From an uncultured archaeon (GTDB lineage: Archaea; Thermoproteota; Nitrososphaeria; Nitrososphaerales; Gagatemarchaeaceae), in assembly GCA_963817525.1 (NCBI GenBank), contig CAWFOU010000008.1:32001-96000 (forward strand): a stretch of 64,000 bases of DNA, written 5' to 3'. The position numbers and the translations under genes are program-made. The notes beneath the pieces are model-generated. The model searched no databases. It saw nothing but the letters and a program-made list of their open reading frames with translations, and was not told where the DNA came from. Shown in pieces: positions 56,143-64,000 of the stretch (the first letter of the stretch is position 1; every line of letters begins with the position of its first letter).

Positions 56143-57459
56143 CTAGCCCTTGGACTCCCGTCTGAGGACGCACGTCATGCAGTGCGCGCCGCCGTATCCG
56201 CCCGTTATCTCCTGCAGGGGCAGAGCTGTGGCGTCGACACCGAGGTCGTTGAACTCCTTCTTCCTGGGGAAGAACTGGGCCGAGTCTTTGAGCTGGGCGT
56301 GCTCCTTCTTCGCCTCCGCGAAGAGCTTGGCGTAGCGATGCGGGGCGAGGTTCGCCTGGTACTTCAGGTTCCTCAGGACCTTCTCGACGACGTTCTCCAC
56401 ATCCACGGCCATTATCTTGCGGTCGCTGAGGCAGAGGAAGTTAGAGGCGTAGCACATCTGCTCGAGGGTGGTTATGGGGACGACCGTGAACCCGCGGCCC
56501 ACGAGGTAGTCGTGGATGTTCGGGTTGCCCGACTGGCGCTTGTACCTGCCATTCGAGGACCTTCTGTAGACCTCGACCTTCGCCCGCTTCAGGAGGGGGA
56601 CGCACCCCACTGCGATCCCCTTCCCCGCGATGTTGAGGTAGGTGTCCAGGTGCATGTTGATCATGGGATCTGGCTGGTCGCCCGGGATCAGCGGGTGGGC
56701 TGCCTGGTGGACCACGGCCACCTCGTCGAAGCCAACGCCGTTGGCGAGTATCTGGTTGACCCCGCTCCTGTTGGTCCTGTCCCCTATGCCCAGCATCGCG
56801 AAATCCCCCGCTGGCATGAAGTCACCCCCCTCGAAGGTGCCCGGCCTCTTCACATGGCATGCGATCTTCGCGCCGGCCATCTCCAGGATCGCCCCGGTTA
56901 TCTCGGGCTCCATCTGCCTCTGGGGCTTGGACATGCTCCCGACCATGACGCCGCGGTCTGAGACGGCCTGCTGATCCCTCATGAAGTAGAGGTTGGCGAG
57001 GGGGACGTCGAGAGTGACCCGGGGAAGGACGACCCTCACCCCTTTCCTCTCCTCCAGGGCGACGCTCGGCCTGAGGAGCTGGACGTTGAAGACCGTCTCG
57101 GCGTCGAGCTCGGTTATCCCCTTCCTGAACTCGCGTCTGGCCTCCGCGGCGTCGTCCTTCGGGCCGGTGACCTTCACCGTGTCCGCGGCGTGTTCCTGTG
57201 CCCTCGCGAGGAGCCCCGGGTCGTCTTTCGCGAGGTTGATGTAGAGCCTCTTCAGGCGGTGGACCTTCACGCCCGCCTGGGAGAGGGCGTGCTCGAGCTC
57301 GGTGTGCTCGTAGATGGCCTCGTCCATGCTGAAGGCCCTCTCGTATAGGAAGGAGAAGGGCGCCATCAATCCGAAGAACATCTCGATTCCCGGCCTGTGG
57401 ATGACCACCTCCTTCAGCGGGTCCCACTCGGCTCTCACCGTGGAGTCCATCCGTCTCAC
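56143..57459 (-). CDS. arcA: Arginine deiminase
   Basis: NLYFMRDQ, FEGGD, MHLDT, GYGGAHCMT catalytic motifs. Confidence 0.92.
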   Translation of the reverse strand: MRRMDSTVRAEWDPLKEVVIHRPGIEMFFGLMAPFSFLYERAFSMDEAIYEHTELEHALSQAGVKVHRLKRLYINLAKDDPGLLARAQEHAADTVKVTGPKDDAAEARREFRKGITELDAETVFNVQLLRPSVALEERKGVRVVLPRVTLDVPLANLYFMRDQQAVSDRGVMVGSMSKPQRQMEPEITGAILEMAGAKIACHVKRPGTFEGGDFMPAGDFAMLGIGDRTNRSGVNQILANGVGFDEVAVVHQAAHPLIPGDQPDPMINMHLDTYLNIAGKGIAVGCVPLLKRAKVEVYRRSSNGRYKRQSGNPNIHDYLVGRGFTVVPITTLEQMCYASNFLCLSDRKIMAVDVENVVEKVLRNLKYQANLAPHRYAKLFAEAKKEHAQLKDSAQFFPRKKEFNDLGVDATALPLQEITGGYGGAHCMTCVLRRESKG

Positions 57460-57508
57460 CTTTGGGTCGCCGGCCGGCGGCCGCGCGTCTCGACCTCGAT
57501 GGCTGGAG

Positions 57509-59083
57509 TCATTGCTCCATCACAGCCCGCGTGTTCGCCTTATACGCCCATAGGAAGACCAGGGCGGAGAAGACAGCTATCACCACGAGGTCGTAGGGCA
57601 TAGAGACGTATCCGAGCGGGCCGGGGATCGAGAGGACGCCAGAGGTGATGAAGTTGGTGTCCCCCACAAAGGATATCGCCGTGAGCCCGACCACGTAGAC
57701 CCAGAACCAGGCCTGCCGGCGCCATTCCATCTTCTTGTTCTTCGCGAACAGGTAGAGGGGGAAGCCGATGAGGGTGAGGATCGCCCCTATCAGTGTCAGC
57801 GGCCATGTGGCCCAGTAGATCAGGACGCTCGAAAGGACGAAGCCCAGGAAGGCGAAGACCATCCCTCCGGGGAGCCTGTAGTGGTCGGCGGCGCCCATCT
57901 TCGGGTTCTTCCTGAGTATCGCGAGAGAGACCGAGGCTGCCGCGTATGGGATGAGGGTGGTTATCGAGGCCAGGAGCACGACGTTGGGAAAGAACGGGAA
58001 GAGCACCTGGATTATCCCGGTCAGGACCGAGGCGAAGACGATCGAGATGGCGGGCGTGCTGTACTTGTGGTTCACCCTGTCCATGGGCTTGGGGAAGAGC
58101 CCGTCGTCTGCCATGGCATATGGAATCCGCCCCTGGAAAAGGACCCAGTCACTCCCGGCCCCTGCGGTGCTGATGATCGCGCCTATCGTTATCACCGCCG
58201 CTAGGAGGCCGTAGCCTGCGCCCTTGGCGACGTCGGAGAGTGGGGAGGACAGGCTCCCTATCCCTGTGCTGTAGGACCAGTCGCCCACGCTCATGCCTAG
58301 ACCCGACCAATTGATCATGCCCACGAAGGCGATCCCTATGAGGACGTAGACCGCCACAACGATGGCCATAGTGATTATGATCGCCCGTGGGATGGTCCTG
58401 GACGAGTTCTTCACTTCGGCGCTCGGGATCACGACGGCCTCGAACCCGGTGAACATGAAAACGGCCAAGGCCATCGCGACCGCGATCCCCGACCAACCGA
58501 ACGGCATGAACGGCGCGAAGCTGCTGAAGTTCAGGTAGAACAAGCCCACGACGGCGAAGAGGATGAGAGGGATCAGCTTTGCGACGGTGGTCACGATGCC
58601 GAAGAGCCCTCCCCACTTGACGCCGACGACGTTGATGATTGTGAAGGCGGCGAGCGCGACCAGCGCTATCCCGATCCCGAGGGGCGTAAGGGTAAGCCCG
58701 ACCGCGAGCCCGGGGACGTAGAAGCCGATGTAGGCCACGAAGACGTCTATTATCGCCGCCGTGCCGGTGAATGCGTAGATGAAATAGCCCCAGCCTACGA
58801 GATAACCGGCCGAGTTTCCCAGGGCGAGCCGTGGAATCGCGTAAGGCCCTCCCGTGAGCGGGAACCTCGAGCCCAACTCGGCGTAGATCAGTGCGAGTAT
58901 CGTCATGATGACGCCGACGAAGACTATCGCGAGGGTGAGAGCCGGTCCGGCGTCCGCGCCGTAGGCGGCTATCAGTCCGAAGATTCCCGACCCGATTATG
59001 CCGCCGGTCCCCAGGCCCACCAGGCTCCACAAGCCCAGTTCCTTCTTCAGGGCGGGCTTCTCGGTTTCAGCGGTCGTCGACAT
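57509..59083 (-). CDS. APC-family amino acid permease (probable arginine transporter)
   Basis: IIGSGIFG, YAELGSRFP..GG, FTGFEAV, RIPYAMA; 12-14 TM. Confidence 0.88.
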   Translation of the reverse strand: MSTTAETEKPALKKELGLWSLVGLGTGGIIGSGIFGLIAAYGADAGPALTLAIVFVGVIMTILALIYAELGSRFPLTGGPYAIPRLALGNSAGYLVGWGYFIYAFTGTAAIIDVFVAYIGFYVPGLAVGLTLTPLGIGIALVALAAFTIINVVGVKWGGLFGIVTTVAKLIPLILFAVVGLFYLNFSSFAPFMPFGWSGIAVAMALAVFMFTGFEAVVIPSAEVKNSSRTIPRAIIITMAIVVAVYVLIGIAFVGMINWSGLGMSVGDWSYSTGIGSLSSPLSDVAKGAGYGLLAAVITIGAIISTAGAGSDWVLFQGRIPYAMADDGLFPKPMDRVNHKYSTPAISIVFASVLTGIIQVLFPFFPNVVLLASITTLIPYAAASVSLAILRKNPKMGAADHYRLPGGMVFAFLGFVLSSVLIYWATWPLTLIGAILTLIGFPLYLFAKNKKMEWRRQAWFWVYVVGLTAISFVGDTNFITSGVLSIPGPLGYVSMPYDLVVIAVFSALVFLWAYKANTRAVMEQ

Positions 59084-59089
59084 CTTTTG

Positions 59090-59542
59090 TCACTTCACTA
59101 TCAGGACGTCACGCTTGGAGTGGCTCACCACGGAAGAGGAGACGCCCCCCAGCAAGAACCGCTCGAGGCCAGATATCCCCCTTCTGCCCAACACCACTAG
59201 GTCGATCCCCTCGCTCTCGGATAGGTCGAGGATAATCTCCGCGGGGTGCCCGTCCTCCACGGAGCCAGCGACCTTGACTCCGGCTTCCTTAGCTCTCTTG
59301 ACGGCGAGGTCGAGGAGGCTCTTCCCTTCCTTCATGACCTGCTCTTGATAGCCGGGTGGATAGTATGGCGCGCTAGGGCCGTAGACCGTCAGGATGGTGT
59401 TGACGGCCACCACGACCCGCAGGGAGGTCCCGTCAAGGGACGCAAGCGCGATTGCCCGGTCGAGGGCCCGCTTGGCGTTCTCCGAGCCGTCGTAACCGAT
59501 CAGTATCTTCTTGTAGTTCTGCAAATCGTCATCGGTGTTCAT
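59090..59542 (-). CDS. Universal stress protein
   Basis: ILIGYDGSE, DLVVLGRRG...LLGGVS..VV. Confidence 0.92.
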   Translation of the reverse strand: MNTDDDLQNYKKILIGYDGSENAKRALDRAIALASLDGTSLRVVVAVNTILTVYGPSAPYYPPGYQEQVMKEGKSLLDLAVKRAKEAGVKVAGSVEDGHPAEIILDLSESEGIDLVVLGRRGISGLERFLLGGVSSSVVSHSKRDVLIVK

Positions 59543-59549
59543 TGGCGCC

Positions 59550-60125
59550 TCACCCGAAGAGGTTGTTCGTCTGCTCCATCAGGTTGTGAGCCGCGGCCGC
59601 CACACGAGACAGTGGCTTATCCCGGCCCCACATGGTGAAGTTCTCCGAGAGCCACCTTCCGTGAAGCTTCTCGAGAGTGTCCAGGTTGGGCGCTAAATCT
59701 ACGACGATCGCTCCGTTCTCGTCGAGTCTTATCGAGACTCCCGAGAACGTGGTTCTGTAGACTCCGTATCTCTTTCCGGCGGGTGTGACGACCGACTTCT
59801 CGAGGACCATCAGCCCAGCGGCTACAAGCTTGTTCACTCTCCGGTAGCAGGTGCTCAGGGGAAGGTTCTGCGTTGCGCTAATCTCTTCGACGGTCTTTCC
59901 GCTGGCGATGGCCGAGACGAGTATTCGTCTTGAGGACTCGTCTCCCAGAGCGCGAAGGATCGCGTTAGACTCCTTCAGGGCGCGGACAGCGGCGTCCTCG
60001 GACGGGTTGGAAGACTTTTCACTCTCTAGCGTCGAAAAGAGCAACGGGCTCGTTAGCACGGCCTTCAGTCCCCCGATCCCTCCTTCGCTGACGACCGCCC
60101 GGATCTCTCGTGCCATCCTTTCCAC
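59550..60125 (-). CDS. Archaeal winged-HTH (ArsR-like) regulator
   Basis: LGDESSRRIL...KTVEEIS...PLSTCYRRV..L..AGL. Confidence 0.7.
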   Translation of the reverse strand: MERMAREIRAVVSEGGIGGLKAVLTSPLLFSTLESEKSSNPSEDAAVRALKESNAILRALGDESSRRILVSAIASGKTVEEISATQNLPLSTCYRRVNKLVAAGLMVLEKSVVTPAGKRYGVYRTTFSGVSIRLDENGAIVVDLAPNLDTLEKLHGRWLSENFTMWGRDKPLSRVAAAAHNLMEQTNNLFG

Positions 60126-60252
60126 CTAGCACGATAGAGAGGGTCTGAAGTATTAGAGGAGGCTTGTACGTTTGTGGCCTCAGGAGGACTCGCTGTGTAC
60201 AGTTGTACGCAGTGGAGCGGGGCCGGGACCCGCATGTGAGCGATCGTGGGCG

Positions 60253-60846
60253 TCAGTGCGATGATTTCTTCTCTGCCTCGGCGGTCACTTCAATCATGCC
60301 TTCAGATACCCTGCTGTTGGCAACCCTGTAGGAGTAGGCCGAGAGCAGCCCAAGCAGGAACTGCTCGGTGCAGCTCGTGGATTCGACGGAGAACCCCGCC
60401 CCGACTATTCGGACGATGATGTTCACCCCCCTGTCGCCTTCCCTTCTCTCGAACTCCAGCCTCTTCACGGGGAGGAGGCCGTCAAGCTCGTCGACTCTCG
60501 CGATGAGCTGCTGGAAGTCCTCGGCGTACATCTGCAAGTAGGCGCCGACCCTCTTCCCTTCGTCAAACCACGACTTCAATAGCCAATCCTTGTCGCTCTG
60601 GAAGGTCCTCACCATCAGCTTCTCCATGAGGTCTCCGGGGAGCGGAATCGCGTCGGTGTCTTTCAGGATCCGGCTCCACCTCCAGGACGAATAGACCTCT
60701 TTCGGCGAGCCCCCATACTTGCAGACTTTCAGGACCGCGTCCAGAGCCTCGTTGGTGAGCGCGTAGAGGCTCTTGTTTTCCTTTGTCGCTTCATCAGCCA
60801 AGAGGTCTGCCGTCTTCTCGTCGACGGCGATGTTTGTCCGAGCCAT
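60253..60846 (-). CDS. Hypothetical protein with N-terminal RHH-like DNA-binding segment
   Basis: MARTNIAVDEKTADLL..EA...KSLY..TNEAL RHH-like pattern; C-terminal alpha/beta domain. Confidence 0.55.
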   Translation of the reverse strand: MARTNIAVDEKTADLLADEATKENKSLYALTNEALDAVLKVCKYGGSPKEVYSSWRWSRILKDTDAIPLPGDLMEKLMVRTFQSDKDWLLKSWFDEGKRVGAYLQMYAEDFQQLIARVDELDGLLPVKRLEFERREGDRGVNIIVRIVGAGFSVESTSCTEQFLLGLLSAYSYRVANSRVSEGMIEVTAEAEKKSSH

Positions 60847-60953
60847 GGGAAGGCTCGCGGAGTACGCATTTGTACATAAGTCTATGCAGAATGCATGAGA
60901 ACGTACAGACGGCGAGATATACTTCCTTCGCACCCTTTGGGGTGGCGAACCAG

Positions 60954-61304
60954 ATGGTGGATGAAGGCGCGGCGACGCCACCAGTCGAGCCAAAGCCGCG
61001 GAGAGAGCGCAAGCGGCTGGGCACTCGGGCCGTCGCCTCCGAAGTACGCGAGGCTGCGCTAGCCAAGAGTATGTCGCGGATTCTTCAAGGTTACCTGAAT
61101 GGCAGAAGGCTGGTCACGGTCAAGATCAGGTTGGTCGAAGGGAAGAGCGTCGACGGCTTCCTGAAGATCACCGGCGAGAAGGGCGAGCGCCTTCTGGTGG
61201 ATTTCAAGGCGACCGCGACGCCGCAGGGCCAGGTGTCTTCTCTTCAGGTAGGCGCGAGGAACATCCCTCTCGAGGCGGGCGCGAGCTCCAAGCGGAGTCG
61301 CTAG
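60954..61304 (+). CDS. Hypothetical protein (116 aa)
   Basis: ATG 60954, fills the gap between neighbouring genes, plausible globular sequence. Confidence 0.45.
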   Translation: MVDEGAATPPVEPKPRRERKRLGTRAVASEVREAALAKSMSRILQGYLNGRRLVTVKIRLVEGKSVDGFLKITGEKGERLLVDFKATATPQGQVSSLQVGARNIPLEAGASSKRSR

Positions 61305-61314
61305 CTTCAGGCCA

Positions 61315-63330
61315 TTAGGCTCCGAGCAAGACTCGCACGTCGACCGCGAACGCACCCTCCGTGTTGACGATGACTGGGTTGAGGTCGATCTCTGTGATTT
61401 TGAGATCGACCGTCATCCTTGACAGCCGCTGCATCGCTGCAATAAGCGCGGCTTGGTCGTATCCCCTCTTCCTCGAGCTCAAGATGTCGTAGACCCTGCT
61501 CTCTCGCAGCATCTCCTCGGCCTCGTCCGCTTCGATTGGACCGAGTCGATGGGATGGCCTCCCTATGGCCTCCACGTAGATGCCGCCGGCGGAGACAAGC
61601 ACGGTCGGCCCGAAGCCAGGGTCGTTGAGCCCACCGAGCAAAACCTCCGCCCCCATAATTTGTTGCTGAACCATCACTCGCGGGCAGACTCTCGACAGGT
61701 CGGAGAACGCGCCCCTCGCCCGCTTGGAGTCGGAGACACTCATGACGACGCCGTTGAGCTCCGTCTTGTGGACCGGCTCGTCCGGCGAGATCTTCATCAC
61801 GACCGGATATCCGAGTCTCTCCGCGAGGGCCTCGGCCTCGTCGGGGGAGGCGGCTGTCCCGTATCTTGGGACCTGAATCCCGTACAGCTCAACTAGGAGC
61901 AGGCCGTCGCGGTCTGACAGGACGCGCTTCCCCGAGACGAGGGCCTCGGCGCCGTCCAGCGGGTGGGCTGTCCTGTCCTTCGTCCTCGCGGGGGGGCGCT
62001 TCACGAAGTGGCCTATCGCCCGGACGGCCTCCTCGGGGAACGTGAAGCTGGGGATTCCAGCGGCGTCGAGGACGTCCGCAGCCGCGTCCTCGTCCGTGCC
62101 CATCATGACGCCGACCAAGCTGGACCCCCTGAACCCGACCACCGTCCTGGCGACCTCGACGCAGCTCAGGAGCGGCATGGACTGCATCAGGACCAGCTTC
62201 GTGCAGTCGATTCCCTGGACTTCTGCCAAGGCGGCCCTGTATCTTTCCGCGTTGGCGTCCCCCGACAGGTCCAGCGGGTTCCTGGGCCGGATCTGGGGAG
62301 GCAGGAGGGCGGAGAGCCTCGCGACGGTGGTCTCCGGGAGCGCAGCGAGCCTCAAGGAGCGGCGCTCTATCTCGTCCGTAGCGATGACGCCGTGACCTCC
62401 AGAGTTGGTTACCACGAGGAGGTCAGGCTTTATCACCTCGTCGCCGGTGAGGAGCCTGGCTAGGTCGAGCGAGTCCTCGAGGCTCTCCGCCAGCATCCCG
62501 CCCACGGCGTTGACCGCAGCCCTGAAGACGTCCGCCGAGCCGGCGAGGCTGCCGGTGTGGGTCCTGGCCGCCTCCGACCCCCTCTTCCCGAGCCCTCCCT
62601 TTAGGAAGATGACGGGCTTCCGCCTGGTGGCGTTCGGGACGAGGTCCAGGAACCTCTGCCCGTCGCTGACGCTCTCGAGGTAGACGAAGACTACCCCGGT
62701 GCCCGGGTCGCCAGCCAGGAAGTCCAGGACCTCCGCCTCCGAGACGTCGGCCTGGTTGCCGAGGCTCACGAAGTAGCTTATGCCGGTCCTGCTCCTCTGC
62801 GCCCACTCGAGCATGTACATCCCGAGGCCTCCGCTCTGGGCAACCAGCGCGACTTTGCCCCGAGGGACCTCGGAGAACGCGAAGGTCCCGTTGAAGGCGG
62901 GGGTCACTAGCCCTAGCGTGTTCGGCCCGAAGACCCTGATCCCAGCCTGCCCAGCGATCTTCTTCACCTCTTGCTCGAGCTCGGCGCCGTGCTCGTCCAC
63001 CTCCCTGAATCCGGAGGTGATCACGACGGCACCCTTGACGCCCTTCTTGGCAGCGTCCAGCATGACGCCCGGGACGGCGTCTCTGGGGACCACGACTATC
63101 GCCAGGTCCACATCCTCCTCGATTGCCGTGAGCGAGCCGTAGGCCCTCCGCCCCTCGACGTCCATCGCCGACGAGTTGACCGGGTACAGATTCCCGCTGA
63201 AGGTCGCGAGGAGGTTCCTGAAGACGACGTTCCCGATCTTCTCCTTCCTGTGCGAGGCGCCCACGACGGCGATGCTCCTCGGGTCGAAGAGCCCCCCGAG
63301 AGAGCCGTTCTTTCTCGAATCGTCGGTCAA
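61315..63330 (-). CDS. Acetate--CoA ligase (ADP-forming), fused alpha/beta
   Basis: PRSIAVVGAS, GPNTLG, QSGG, SLGNQAD, THTGSLAG (phospho-His), NPLDL, YPVVMK..HKTE, DLNPV. Confidence 0.9.
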   Translation of the reverse strand: MTDDSRKNGSLGGLFDPRSIAVVGASHRKEKIGNVVFRNLLATFSGNLYPVNSSAMDVEGRRAYGSLTAIEEDVDLAIVVVPRDAVPGVMLDAAKKGVKGAVVITSGFREVDEHGAELEQEVKKIAGQAGIRVFGPNTLGLVTPAFNGTFAFSEVPRGKVALVAQSGGLGMYMLEWAQRSRTGISYFVSLGNQADVSEAEVLDFLAGDPGTGVVFVYLESVSDGQRFLDLVPNATRRKPVIFLKGGLGKRGSEAARTHTGSLAGSADVFRAAVNAVGGMLAESLEDSLDLARLLTGDEVIKPDLLVVTNSGGHGVIATDEIERRSLRLAALPETTVARLSALLPPQIRPRNPLDLSGDANAERYRAALAEVQGIDCTKLVLMQSMPLLSCVEVARTVVGFRGSSLVGVMMGTDEDAAADVLDAAGIPSFTFPEEAVRAIGHFVKRPPARTKDRTAHPLDGAEALVSGKRVLSDRDGLLLVELYGIQVPRYGTAASPDEAEALAERLGYPVVMKISPDEPVHKTELNGVVMSVSDSKRARGAFSDLSRVCPRVMVQQQIMGAEVLLGGLNDPGFGPTVLVSAGGIYVEAIGRPSHRLGPIEADEAEEMLRESRVYDILSSRKRGYDQAALIAAMQRLSRMTVDLKITEIDLNPVIVNTEGAFAVDVRVLLGA

Positions 63331-63397
63331 GTAGCCGTCCCCGCCGTTTCGTCCCTGAGGCGGTTAAAACCTAGCGTTGGGCTCCCCCGCTTTGAGG

Positions 63398-64000
63398 CTA
63401 GGGGGTGCAAGCGGGAGCGTAGGACGAGGTCTCCGCGCAGAATGTCCAGGCGAAGACAGACCCGTTGTAGACGGGCAGGTCGTCCGCGCCAACCTGGGCA
63501 GGCTGCCACCTAGCGGTCGCGTTGTAAGTCCAAACGAACCAGGACATGGTCTGGGTGCCGGAGACGCCATCAATCGCCTCGACCAAGTGCTCGGAGAGGG
63601 GTGCCGGGTACCATTGAGCCTGAAGGTCCCCTTTGGCAAGCACGACTGTCTCTGTGTACATGTTCCACCCGGGCTGTGCCTGGGTGCCGTTGTACCAGCG
63701 AGCCGTGCCGTTCCCAAAGTCGAAGAGGATGTCGGCAGAGTACAGCGAGCTCGACGCGGGCTTCAGGCTGAGGTATTCGCTCCAAAGCTGCGAGAGCTGC
63801 GCGCTCGCCTCCTGGTATATCGGAAGCGTGGTGTTCACCACCGAGATGGCCCCGACTAGAAGCGAGAGGGTGGCGTTGTCCAGGGCGAGGGATGCGTTGT
63901 AGCTCGAGGAGAGTCGGTCGTACTGGCCGGTTGCAGACGCGAGCTCGCTGACGTACTCGTCTTTGGACTGGGCGGCCTGCGAATACTCGGTGTAATAGTA
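63398..64000 (-). CDS. Secreted protein with coiled-coil and DUF4430-like C-terminal domain (partial)
   Basis: DFGNGTARWYN...VEAIDGV...WFVW...GAD pattern; frame continues beyond the window end. Confidence 0.55.
   Translation of the reverse strand, partial: YYYTEYSQAAQSKDEYVSELASATGQYDRLSSSYNASLALDNATLSLLVGAISVVNTTLPIYQEASAQLSQLWSEYLSLKPASSSLYSADILFDFGNGTARWYNGTQAQPGWNMYTETVVLAKGDLQAQWYPAPLSEHLVEAIDGVSGTQTMSWFVWTYNATARWQPAQVGADDLPVYNGSVFAWTFCAETSSYAPACTP

Overview
High-GC archaeal chromosome segment, most likely from a non-ammonia-oxidising Nitrososphaerota (Thaumarchaeota) lineage. This is an inference from a CdvB/ESCRT-III paralogue, geranylgeranyl reductases, AlaX-S, the nuoK-nuoM order and thaumarchaeal-type sensor domains. 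Main contents: (1) A complex I (nuo) operon split into nuoABCD (29423-34428) and nuoHIJKM (<1-4853). It carries three LAGLIDADG inteins, each inserted immediately before a [4Fe-4S]-ligand Cys (two in NuoB, one in NuoI). (2) A compact carbon cluster (18410-26639): tal, tktC, rpe, tktN and a divergent HldE/RfaE-like PfkB kinase, transcribed divergently from a catalytically complete form III-like RuBisCO and a 56-aa Cys-rich microprotein, with converging R15P isomerase and PRPP synthetase. No PRK or AMP phosphorylase is in the window, so this is a candidate PRK-independent RuBP-regenerating route. (3) A Cys-rich wHTH-aquaporin-arsC arsenic module and a free-standing homing endonuclease. (4) tRNA-Arg(CCT) followed by a ~9.5 kb array of cargo segments delimited by three exact copies of the tRNA 3' end, shared left and right end motifs and two 11-6-11 dif-like palindromes, with no integrase in the window. 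(5) A SoxL-type Rieske/cytochrome b operon flanked by unknown surface proteins. (6) An arginine deiminase cluster without arcB, and an ADP-forming acetyl-CoA synthetase. All annotations come from motif recognition by eye; no database searches were run.
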